From Geotalea uraniireducens Rf4 (GTDB lineage Bacteria; Desulfobacterota; Desulfuromonadia; Geobacterales; Geobacteraceae): a DNA stretch of 32,000 nucleotides. Each line of letters begins with the position of its first letter. The first letter of the stretch is position 1. The notes under the pieces are model-generated. The model saw nothing but the letters and a program-made list of their open reading frames with translations, was not told the origin of the DNA and ran no database searches. The stretch is from contig NC_009483.1 of assembly GCF_000016745.1 (NCBI RefSeq), forward strand, positions 4,470,001 through 4,502,000, in the 5' to 3' direction. Below, in pieces: positions 1 through 7,740 of this stretch. Both the position numbers and the translations under genes were made by a program.

Positions 1-894
1 ATGGGGAACATTGAAGGCCTCGATGGTCTTGACGACGGCGGTTTTATTGGAGGGTGAAAACACCACGGTATCGCCGACCCGCAGGACTCCGGCAGCAAGC
101 CGGCCGGCAATGATGCGGCGGGCGTCGAACTTGTAGACATCCTGCACCGGAAAGCGGAGCGGCAGGTCTTCGCCGGTCGGCAGCTTCTCAAAGAGACCGA
201 GGCTTTCCAATACCGTAGACCCCCGATACCATGGCATGGCATCACTGCGCCGCACCACGTTGTCGCCGTTCCTGGCGCTGGCTGGGATAAACTGCTGCGG
301 CGAGACGCCCACCCCCTTCAGGAATGCCCCGTACTCTTCGACGATGGCGTTAAAGACCTGCTCGTCATAGCCGACCAAGTCCATCTTGTTGACGACCACC
401 GCAATCTGCCGGATCCCCAGGAGACTGAGCATGTAGCCGTGGCGCCGCGACTGTTCGCGCACCCCTTCGGCAGCATCGATGATCAGCACCGCCGCCTCGG
501 CCCTGGCAGCGCCCGAAATCATGTTTTTCAGGAACTCCTTATGCCCCGGCGCATCTATTATTATATACTGCCGGTTTTCCCAGGAAAAAAAGGTGCGGGC
601 GGTATCGATGGTAATCCCCTGCTCCTGCTCTTCGAGAAATGCATCAAAGAGGAAGGCGTACTCAAATGCCTTTCCCTGTTGCTCGCAGATGGCGCGGACC
701 TTCTCCAGCTGCCCATCGGGAAGGGAATCGGTGTCCGCGTAGATGCGCCCGAGAAGGGTGGACTTGCCGTGGTCCACGTGACCGACTATTACTACGGTGA
801 AGGCGGTCGATGGTGGATGGTGGATGGTCGATGGTGGATGGTCGATAGTCGTTGGTGGATGGTCATTTGTTGATGGGCTCACGCTATTTTTCAT
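1..894 (-). CDS. cysN: sulfate adenylyltransferase subunit 1 (CysN-type GTPase); 3' end runs off the window
   Basis: Absent from the ORF track because it is truncated. My minus-strand translation reads [51 protein letters not shown]...[11 protein letters not shown]...VVNKMDLVG, which carries the G1/G3/G4 GTPase motifs. It lies directly downstream of cysD. ATG at 894-892, alternative GTG at 882. There is no in-frame start codon downstream of the heptamer array. Confidence 0.85.
   Translation of the reverse strand, partial: MKNSVSPSTNDHPPTTIDHPPSTIHHPPSTAFTVVIVGHVDHGKSTLLGRIYADTDSLPDGQLEKVRAICEQQGKAFEYAFLFDAFLEEQEQGITIDTARTFFSWENRQYIIIDAPGHKEFLKNMISGAARAEAAVLIIDAAEGVREQSRRHGYMLSLLGIRQIAVVVNKMDLVGYDEQVFNAIVEEYGAFLKGVGVSPQQFIPASARNGDNVVRRSDAMPWYRGSTVLESLGLFEKLPTGEDLPLRFPVQDVYKFDARRIIAGRLAAGVLRVGDTVVFSPSNKTAVVKTIEAFNVPH
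802..864 (-). repeat. tandem heptamer array, 9 units (plus strand GGCGGTC GATGGTG GATGGTG GATGGTC ...); translated as the CysN N-terminal tail
   Basis: Period-7 repeat read directly. It is inverted relative to the array at 1287-1413. Three heptamers make one 7-aa repeat ([21 protein letters not shown]). Confidence 0.9.
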
Positions 895-1255
895 ATTTGA
901 CTCTCAGTGATTTTATGAGCGCATTGAGCTGCTTGCGGATGACTACGGTTTCTCCGAGTAGTGTCTCAGCTTCAACTGCATACCCCAGTTTTTGTGCAAC
1001 AATCAATTGGGTCTCAAGTTCGGCAGCAGAACCACCGGCAATGGATAAGAATCGGATAAACTCCCGATTGCCTTGCCTTCCTGCCCCTTCGGCAATGTTC
1101 GAAGCGATTGAGACCACTGACCGCTTAATCTGGTCGGCCAGACCAAAGTGCTCATCCAGAGGGAATTTTTGAAGTATTCCATAAACAGACACTGCCAGAT
1201 TGACTGAACGCTGCCAGACATCAAGTTCCTTATAGTCCCTTATTTTCTCCACCAT
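884..1255 (-). CDS. four-helix-bundle protein (23S rRNA intervening-sequence protein / Avd-like family)
   Basis: 123-aa ORF. The motif [36 protein letters not shown] is the signature I associate with the TIGR02436/PF05635 family. Its stop overlaps the cysN ATG by 11 nt. Confidence 0.85.
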   Translation of the reverse strand: MVEKIRDYKELDVWQRSVNLAVSVYGILQKFPLDEHFGLADQIKRSVVSIASNIAEGAGRQGNREFIRFLSIAGGSAAELETQLIVAQKLGYAVEAETLLGETVVIRKQLNALIKSLRVKYEK

Positions 1256-1286
1256 TCACCGCCTTTACCTTTACCATACCTTTACA

Positions 1287-1413
1287 CATCATCTGTCATC
1301 CGTCATCCGCCATCCGCCATCCGCCACCGACCACCGACCACCGACCATCGACCACCGACCATCGACCGCCGTTCAGCCATCGACCGCCGTTCAGCCATCG
1401 ACCACCGACCGCC
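1287..1413 (-). repeat. tandem heptamer array, about 18 units (plus strand CATCCGC/CACCGAC/CATCGAC types, with an internal 17-nt sub-repeat x2)
   Basis: Period-7 repeat that fills the whole spacer between the cysD stop (1416-1418) and the four-helix-bundle ORF. It is complementary in type to the array at 802-864. Confidence 0.9.
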
Positions 1414-1415
1414 TC

Positions 1416-2213
1416 TCACATATACCCATCCTTCCTCAGCTTCTCCATCCCCCGGTCCGCATCCTGTGCCCTGCCGGAGCGTTCCGCAACCTTTGTGTTG
1501 CGCAGTTCCGCGATGATTTCATCCACATTCTTCGCCTTCGATTGAATGGTGCCGGTACAGGGCGCGCAACCGAGACTTCGATAGCGGGTCCCGTTCCCCT
1601 GGTCAAAATAGAGCGGGATGACCGGAATATTTTCTTTCTTGATGTATTCCCAGATATTGATCTCGGTCCAATCCAGGAGGGGATGGATCCGGACATGGGT
1701 GCCCGGCTCGAACCGGGTTTTGAACTGGTCCCACAACTCGGGTGGCTGCTCGCGGAAATCCCAGTCGTTGTTCTTGTCACGGGGAGAAAAATAACGCTCC
1801 TTTGCCCTGGTTCCTTCCTCATCGGAACGGACGCCGACAATGACCCCGTTGTACCCCTTATCGGCAAGGGTTCGGCTCAAGCCTTCGGTTTTAAGTGCGG
1901 TGCAGCACTCCATTCTACCCAGGGAAGGGTTCATGCCAGCCTCAAGGGCTTGCCGGTTCTGCCCCACCACCAGGGTCAAGCCCCATTCCTCGGCCAGCCT
2001 GTCACGGTAGGCGATCATCTCCCGGATCTTGAAGGAGGTATCGATATGCACCAAAGGTATCGGGCAATGGCCGAAAAACGCCTTCCGCACCAGCCAGAGC
2101 ATAACCGTCGAATCCTTGCCGATGGACCAGAGCATGCAAAGGTTGTCGAAATTCTTGTAAGCTTCGCGCAATATATATATGGATTTGTCTTCCAGCTCTT
2201 CGAGATGCTTCAT
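1416..2213 (-). CDS. cysD: sulfate adenylyltransferase subunit 2 (CysD, PAPS-reductase/ATP-PPase fold)
   Basis: [22 protein letters not shown]...[13 protein letters not shown] (SxGKDS PP-loop)...[12 protein letters not shown] place the start at Met31 of the track ORF (2213), because the upstream 30 codons are heptamer-array sequence. Confidence 0.9.
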   Translation of the reverse strand: MKHLEELEDKSIYILREAYKNFDNLCMLWSIGKDSTVMLWLVRKAFFGHCPIPLVHIDTSFKIREMIAYRDRLAEEWGLTLVVGQNRQALEAGMNPSLGRMECCTALKTEGLSRTLADKGYNGVIVGVRSDEEGTRAKERYFSPRDKNNDWDFREQPPELWDQFKTRFEPGTHVRIHPLLDWTEINIWEYIKKENIPVIPLYFDQGNGTRYRSLGCAPCTGTIQSKAKNVDEIIAELRNTKVAERSGRAQDADRGMEKLRKDGYM

Positions 2214-2224
2214 GGGTAACCCCT

Positions 2225-2253
2225 GTCGGCGGTCGGTGGTCGGCGGTCGATAG
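2225..2253 (-). repeat. heptamer array, 4 units (plus strand GTCGGCG GTCGGTG GTCGGCG GTCGATA), immediately upstream of the cysD start
   Basis: Read directly. 2241-2253 is the perfect reverse complement of 2331-2343. Confidence 0.85.
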
Positions 2254-2319
2254 CAAAACTGCCGCACCCCATACACCACCAACCAAATATATTCAATCAC
2301 CAACCTGTTTTATACCATT

Positions 2320-2405
2320 CCGACTATCGACTATCGACCGCCGTCCGCCGTCAACCGTCCGCCGTCAACCGTCCGCCGTCAACCGTCCGCCGTCTGCCGA
2401 CCGCC
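2320..2405 (-). repeat. heptamer/14-mer array, about 12 units (plus strand CGACTAT x2, then CGTCCGC CGTCAAC x3-4), covering the cysC stop
   Basis: Read directly. The last about 13 codons of cysC ([10 protein letters not shown]) are encoded by the array. Confidence 0.9.
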
Positions 2406-2991
2406 TTTCGACAAACCTGATGATCGCAGCAACGGATTCTTCCACACCAAGGCGGCAGGTATCGATCACCAGTTCGGGGGCTTGCGGTTCTTCATACGGG
2501 CTGTCTATGCCGGTGAACTGTGGTAATTGGCCGGCCCTGGCCTTGCGGTAGAGCCCCTTTGGGTCGCGGCTCTCGCAGGTATCCAGATCGCATTTGACAT
2601 AGATCTCGATAAATTCGGCGGGCTCGAAAAGGGCCCGCACCCGATCCCTGTCTTCCTGGTATGGAGAGATGAAAGCAGCCAGGACGACGATTCCCGCATC
2701 GACGAAAAGCTTCGCCACTTCGCCGATACGCCGGATGTTCTCGCGACGGTCCGCTTCAGAGAAGCCGAGATCGCTGTTCAGGCCATGACGCATGTTATCG
2801 CCGTCGAGAATATAGGTGTAGCACCCTTTTTTGAAGAGCGCCTCTTCAGCCGCGTGGGCGAGCGTCGACTTGCCGGACCCGGAAAGGCCGGTAAACCACA
2901 CGACCAACGGTCGATGACCGTTGCGGTCGTAATAATCGGCTTTTGTGAGGGAGCGACTATGCCAGACAATATTCAAACCATTTTCAGCCAT
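2365..2991 (-). CDS. cysC: adenylylsulfate (APS) kinase
   Basis: P-loop GLSGSGKST and [18 protein letters not shown], typical of CysC. The ATG at 2991 has a GGAG 8 nt upstream and is preferred over the GTG at 3006. Confidence 0.9.
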   Translation of the reverse strand: MAENGLNIVWHSRSLTKADYYDRNGHRPLVVWFTGLSGSGKSTLAHAAEEALFKKGCYTYILDGDNMRHGLNSDLGFSEADRRENIRRIGEVAKLFVDAGIVVLAAFISPYQEDRDRVRALFEPAEFIEIYVKCDLDTCESRDPKGLYRKARAGQLPQFTGIDSPYEEPQAPELVIDTCRLGVEESVAAIIRFVERRSADGGRLTADG

Positions 2992-3198
2992 AAATAATTT
3001 CTCCACTAATGACCAGTTTTTGCTCAGCCGTATTTATCATGCTTGAAATATAAATATTAAATCAACCACAAAAAAAACTCCAGCATTATGAATTTCTCAC
3101 CGATGCGCGACTACGGAATCAGGAAAAACCATTTCAGAACAGGAGCGCTGATTGGGCCGAAAAGGCTTTTAATCACCGGCCGATTATGCTATTAATTT

Positions 3199-3222
3199 TT
3201 AACAGCCTGAAAAAGCTGTTAA
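3199..3222 (+). promoter_or_regulatory. palindrome TTAACAGC-N8-GCTGTTAA, candidate enhancer-binding-protein site
   Basis: Perfect 8-bp arms, about 50 bp upstream of the candidate -24/-12 element. Confidence 0.3.
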
Positions 3223-3271
3223 CCACGATGCACAAGATGAACACCTCGAAAAGATTCAACCATCAACCCCA

Positions 3272-3289
3272 TTGGTTTCGATTTTGCAT
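3272..3289 (+). promoter_or_regulatory. candidate sigma-54 (-24/-12) promoter TGGTTTCGATTTTGCA
   Basis: GG (3274-75) and GC (3286-87) have exactly the consensus TGGCACG-N4-TTGC spacing, about 75 nt upstream of the 3362 start. Only the GG-N10-GC core and TTGC match. Confidence 0.35.
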
Positions 3290-3361
3290 AAATCAGGGAA
3301 AGAATTTTCAATTACACCATTAAATTACATAGAGACAACGTAAACGGAAGAGGAGGAAACC

Positions 3362-5185
3362 ATGTATTTCAGACTCATTACAGGCCTCATAGGTATGCTT
3401 ATGTGTGCAACTTTCGCCAATGCGGCGCCATACGCATACATCACAAACCTCAGTGATAACACCGTATCGGTGATCGATGTCGCAACGAACGGCTATATCA
3501 GTAAAATACCCTTGGGGACCGGCGTGAAGCCATACGGCGTGGCGATCAGCAGTGACGGCACACGCGTCTATATATCCAATCAGACCAGTAAAACCATTTC
3601 GGTTATTGACGCATTGACCGATCCGAGCAACCCGTCGGTCATCAATACGATCAGCCTGCCGAACACACCCAGCGGTTTAGCTGTCAACTCCGCGGGAACG
3701 CGGCTCTATGTGGCAAACTATGACGCCATGTCCGTTTCGGTAATTGACCTCACGGCTCCTACACCCAACATAATCGCATCCCCCGGCGTCGGAACGGCAC
3801 CGATCGGTGTGGCCATCAGCCCGGACGGCGCAACCGTTTACGTGACAAATTCCGGCAGCGACAACATTACTGCCGTAAAAACGTCTGACAATACCGTATT
3901 AACAACGTTTTCGGCAGGTCCGGCAGGTAACGCCCCGATGGGGATCGCCCTTGGAAAAGTAGGGACCGTAACCAAAATTTATGTCGCAAACAATACGGCC
4001 AACTCCCTTACGGTTATCAACGAGTCCACCAAGGCCATAACCAACACCGTTCCGCTTGGCACAGACTCTGCGCCTTTCGCTGTTGCAGCCAAGCCTGACG
4101 GCAGCACAGTGTACGTTACCAAATCGGGTGCGGCAACCAACGGCGGCGACAGCGTGGCCGTTATCGACACCTCTACCTTCACGGTAACAACCGCCATAAG
4201 CGTCGGAGCCATGCCGTTCGGCGTTGCCGTATCACCCGACGGCTTCCGCGTCCTGGCAGTGAATAACATGGGCAACAGCGTCTCCGTCATCAACACAAGC
4301 TCAAACGCTGTTGCAGCCACACTGGGCAATATTCCTGATACCAGCTACGCAAGCTTTTTCCAATCCCCGCAGAGTCTGGGCAACTTCATCGGCCCGCAAC
4401 TGTACGCGATCGAAGCAAGTGCAGGCGCCAACGGCACCATTACGCCGGCCGGAACCATATTGAAAGCCGATGGAACCAGCCAGACTTTCACGTTTACCCC
4501 CGCGGTCAACTACCGCATCGACAAGATAAATGTGGACGGAAGCATCGTCTCGCCAACGCCGACCGCCGGCTACACTTTCAACGCGATAACAGCAGCGCAC
4601 ATTATTACGGCGACTTTCATCAAGGATGATTATTACGTTTCCATCACCAAAACCGGCACTGCAAGCGGCACGGTTACCAGTACGGATATCCCTAGCACTA
4701 TCAACTGCGGTGCAACATGCGACGGTACGTTTAGCAACGGTACCACTGTCACTCTCACCGCCGTTCCCGATGCCGGTAAATATTTTGCCGGGTGGATCGG
4801 CGACAGCACCGCACCCGGCGTCAGCGTGTGCGACGGCGTGACGTCCACCACATGCACCTTCACCATGACCGCCTACACCCATGTAACCGCGAATTTCTCC
4901 GCTACAGAGTTATCTAACAAGGTGAAGATGATGCCACAGGGCAGCTTCTTTTCCACCCTCCAGGCCGCCTTTGACGCTGTAACACCAACCACGACCACGA
5001 TCATGACCACCATCGAGTCGTTTAGCGAAACGCTCAACCTAAACAAAGCCGGTACAACGTTTACATTGAGCGGCGGCTGGCTCGACAGAACATATACGTC
5101 ACGTGGGACGGCTCCAAGCGTGTATCAGGGATCACTGACCATTACCAACGGCACCTTGATCGCCGACAATATCGCCATCAAATAG
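3362..5185 (+). CDS. secreted YVTN-family beta-propeller repeat protein with C-terminal bacterial (InlB-B-like) repeat domains
   Basis: Strong SD (GAGGAGGA). Signal peptide ...CATFANA/AP. Repeated about 40-aa units (VYVTNSGSDNITAV, VYVANNTANSLTVI, VYVTKSG...). Later GTVTSTDIPSTINCGATCDGTFSNGTTVTLTAVPDAGKYFAGW. Confidence 0.8.
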   Translation: MYFRLITGLIGMLMCATFANAAPYAYITNLSDNTVSVIDVATNGYISKIPLGTGVKPYGVAISSDGTRVYISNQTSKTISVIDALTDPSNPSVINTISLPNTPSGLAVNSAGTRLYVANYDAMSVSVIDLTAPTPNIIASPGVGTAPIGVAISPDGATVYVTNSGSDNITAVKTSDNTVLTTFSAGPAGNAPMGIALGKVGTVTKIYVANNTANSLTVINESTKAITNTVPLGTDSAPFAVAAKPDGSTVYVTKSGAATNGGDSVAVIDTSTFTVTTAISVGAMPFGVAVSPDGFRVLAVNNMGNSVSVINTSSNAVAATLGNIPDTSYASFFQSPQSLGNFIGPQLYAIEASAGANGTITPAGTILKADGTSQTFTFTPAVNYRIDKINVDGSIVSPTPTAGYTFNAITAAHIITATFIKDDYYVSITKTGTASGTVTSTDIPSTINCGATCDGTFSNGTTVTLTAVPDAGKYFAGWIGDSTAPGVSVCDGVTSTTCTFTMTAYTHVTANFSATELSNKVKMMPQGSFFSTLQAAFDAVTPTTTTIMTTIESFSETLNLNKAGTTFTLSGGWLDRTYTSRGTAPSVYQGSLTITNGTLIADNIAIK

Positions 5186-5210
5186 CAGTCAACTTAAACA
5201 TAAACAGATA

Positions 5211-5245
5211 AAAAGGGCGGTCAATTAATGACCGCCCTTTTTTTA
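5211..5245 (+). terminator. rho-independent terminator
   Basis: GGGCGGTC-loop-GACCGCCC followed by TTTTTTT, 26 nt after the stop. Confidence 0.85.
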
Positions 5246-5481
5246 TTCAGTTTCAGCGTTGTCCGGTTTGGTTTTTGCTTACGTCCCGTAGGGACAGAAT
5301 ACTGGTAGCCGGGGAATTCATTCCCCGGTCATCCAGGCGAAATATCATCACGTCACGTACGTGACGTGGGGAAATATAGCATCTCATCCGGGGGATGAAT
5401 CCCCCGGCTACATTCGAACGCCCCTAATGGGGCTTAACAACCTTGATGCACAAACCAAACCGGACAACGCTGATTCAGTTT
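5245..5481. mobile_element. MITE-like element: 219-bp body (5254-5472) with perfect 21-bp terminal inverted repeats, flanked by a 9-bp direct repeat
   Basis: TIR CAGCGTTGTCCGGTTTGGTTT (5254-5274) is the reverse complement of 5452-5472. ATTCAGTTT occurs at 5245-5253 and 5473-5481. No ORF inside. The interior is a pseudo-palindrome of five hairpins. Confidence 0.6.
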
Positions 5482-5508
5482 ACAAATAAACTATCCCTCG
5501 CAGAAGCG

Positions 5509-5604
5509 CTCACTCCTCACTCCTCACTCCTCACTCCTCACTCCTCACTCCTCACTCCTCACTCCTCACTCCTCACTCCTCACTCCTCACTTCTCACTTC
5601 TCAC
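5509..5604 (-). repeat. tandem heptamer array, 13-14 units (plus strand CTCACTC x11, CTCACTT x2; minus strand GGAGTGA)
   Basis: Perfect period-7 run. The stop codon and last 6 codons of the glycosyltransferase at 5587..6804 lie inside it. Confidence 0.95.
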
Positions 5605-6804
5605 GGCCTTTAAAATTCCCCGGTAGATTTCCAGAAGCGTCTCTCCCCTGGCCCGCCATGAATGGTCACGCTCCGCCTTCTCACGGACTTTCCTGGCAAA
5701 CGATTCCCGGCCGGCTTTATCGGCAGCCAGCTCTTCAATCCGGGTCGCCAAATCTGCCGCATCCGCAAAGCGCGCATAGACGCCGGCATCACCTAGAATT
5801 TCCCGGTTTATCGGCGTATCGAAAACCACCGTAGGCAGAGCGCACGCCATGTAGTTGAACAGCTTGCCGTTCGCCTCTGTCAGCGATATTTTCGGTGAGA
5901 CGGCGATATCACAGGCTGACAGATATAATGGCGCCTCCGCATAGTCAATCCTGCCGGTAAAGCTGACCATTTCATCCAGACCCAATTCCCTGCATTTATG
6001 GATGTATTGATCCTCAGGGAACCCCATGATCAGAAAATGAATTTGCCCCTTTCGCTCACGCAGAAGCGCAATGGATTCCAAAAGGATGTCTATCCCCTGA
6101 TAACGGTTAAGTAGCCCGAGAAAAGCAACGATAGGCACATCCAATGGGAGTTGCAGCGCACTGCGACATTCGTTTTTTTCGTAAGGGCGAAATACCGCTG
6201 TGTCCACACCATCGATAACGGCTTTAACCTTATGGTCAGGCACCTGCCAATGGGTGACAAGGTCGTGGGCGCCGGCACTGGAACTGGTAATAATAAAATC
6301 AGCCGAATTATTTATGAAATGCTCCAGGGCCGCGAAGCACTTCGCCAAGATGGAGCCGTCATTTATAAAACCATGGTCGGTTATTTCTGCCGTCAAACTC
6401 CCCTGACAATCGAAGATCAAGGGGACGCCCAGCATTTTTTTAAGGAAATAGCCGACGAAAGCGCCTTCGTGAAGGTGCGCATGGATAATGTCCGGAGCAA
6501 ACGACCTTGCTACCTGAAGCGCTTTGAAGAACAGCAGGATGTCGAGATAAGGCTTGTGCCAGGAAGGGCCGGCGGTGAGCTTTTTGTACCAGGGAACCGT
6601 GCAAATCCGGTAGGTGGGGATGCCCGGCATGTCACGCCCCAGATGGTAGGTGACGATGCGCACGTCAACGCCCTGTGATTGCAAGGTCCGGGCTTCTTCA
6701 TAGATACGGACATGACACCCCCGGTCCGAGAAATATGGTGTAGGGGCAAGCATCAATACTTTGAGCTTGCATTCAACCAAGGTTGATCTTTTCCTTGACG
6801 ACAT
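5587..6804 (-). CDS. GT4-family glycosyltransferase
   Basis: 405-aa ORF with KVLMLAPTPYF near the N-terminus and a GT-B-type C-terminal half (...VSPKISLTEANGKLFNYMACALP...). Alternative starts are TTG 6780 (overlapping the upstream stop) and ATG 6753. Confidence 0.75.
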   Translation of the reverse strand: MSSRKRSTLVECKLKVLMLAPTPYFSDRGCHVRIYEEARTLQSQGVDVRIVTYHLGRDMPGIPTYRICTVPWYKKLTAGPSWHKPYLDILLFFKALQVARSFAPDIIHAHLHEGAFVGYFLKKMLGVPLIFDCQGSLTAEITDHGFINDGSILAKCFAALEHFINNSADFIITSSSAGAHDLVTHWQVPDHKVKAVIDGVDTAVFRPYEKNECRSALQLPLDVPIVAFLGLLNRYQGIDILLESIALLRERKGQIHFLIMGFPEDQYIHKCRELGLDEMVSFTGRIDYAEAPLYLSACDIAVSPKISLTEANGKLFNYMACALPTVVFDTPINREILGDAGVYARFADAADLATRIEELAADKAGRESFARKVREKAERDHSWRARGETLLEIYRGILKAVRSEK

Positions 6805-7717
6805 AAATCGGCTTTGACTGGGCCTCGTAATAGGTGCGGGCGTTCAGTTCGCCCAACAGGCCGAGCACGATGAACTGCACCCCCATAAAGAGAAGAAAGG
6901 CAGTCAAAATGAGAAGCGGGTTGCGATTCATGCTCATATGCTCGAACAACTTCATGTATATTGTGGCTGCTCCGCTCAGAAACCCGGCGCCCAACGTATA
7001 TATCCCCCATTTGCCAAAGAGTTGGATAGGTTTTGTCGAGTAGGTAAGAAGGAATTTTACGGTCATCAGATCAAGTATTACCCGCATAGTACGGGAAATT
7101 CCGTATTTACTCGTGCCATAGAGCCTGGGATAGTGCTTTACGGGCAGTTCTGCCACCTTTGCTCCGACCTGCGAAGCAAGGGCAGGTACAAAGCGGTGCA
7201 TTTCACCATACAGGTTTATGCCGTCCAAGACCTCCCGCCTGTATGCTTTCAGCGTGCAGCCGTAATCGTGCAGATATACGCCGGTCATCCTGGAGATGAG
7301 GTAATTGGCGATTACGGAAGGAAGCTTTCGATTGATGAAGGTGTCCTGACGGTCTTTACGCCAACCTGAAACCACGTCATACCCCTCTTCGATTTTGCTA
7401 AGAAGGCGCGGTATGTCACTTGGATCGTTTTGCAGATCGCCATCCATAGGCACTACAACCCTGCCGCAGGCTGCGTTGAACCCAGCGGCCATAGCTGCTG
7501 TCTGCCCGAAGTTACGGCGGAAACTGATTACCTTGACATGTTGGTCCCGTGACGCAATAAGTTTCAGCGCAGCCAACGAGCCATCACTGGAGCCGTCATC
7601 AACAAGAATGAGTTCGTATTCAAGACCGCTGGACTCCAAGGCTTCGCAGACTTTTTTGTAGAGCGCGGGGACATTCTCTTCTTCATTGTAAATGGGTACG
7701 ACTATACTCAAATCCAC
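6773..7717 (-). CDS. GT2 polyprenyl-phosphate glycosyltransferase (GtrB/ArnC/DPM1-like) with 2 C-terminal TM helices
   Basis: IVVPIYNEEENV...LILVDDGSSDGS...PMDGDLQNDP motifs. GTG start with AAGAGG SD. Confidence 0.8.
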   Translation of the reverse strand: MDLSIVVPIYNEEENVPALYKKVCEALESSGLEYELILVDDGSSDGSLAALKLIASRDQHVKVISFRRNFGQTAAMAAGFNAACGRVVVPMDGDLQNDPSDIPRLLSKIEEGYDVVSGWRKDRQDTFINRKLPSVIANYLISRMTGVYLHDYGCTLKAYRREVLDGINLYGEMHRFVPALASQVGAKVAELPVKHYPRLYGTSKYGISRTMRVILDLMTVKFLLTYSTKPIQLFGKWGIYTLGAGFLSGAATIYMKLFEHMSMNRNPLLILTAFLLFMGVQFIVLGLLGELNARTYYEAQSKPIYVVKEKINLG

Positions 7718-7740
7718 AATAAACCTCTTGGAAGATGATG

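Noticed and set aside
439-873. 144-aa plus-strand ORF ending in [20 protein letters not shown]
   Set aside because: It is antisense to the clearly recognisable cysN GTPase domain. The striking repeat is just the heptamer array read on the wrong strand.
884-1255. Four-helix-bundle gene as the Avd component of a diversity-generating retroelement
   Set aside because: No reverse transcriptase ORF and no template/variable repeat pair is present anywhere in the 32-kb window.
2214-2303. 30-codon N-terminal extension of cysD in the ORF track ([30 protein letters not shown])
   Set aside because: The extension is encoded by the heptamer array and spacer. The conserved CysD sequence begins at [11 protein letters not shown].
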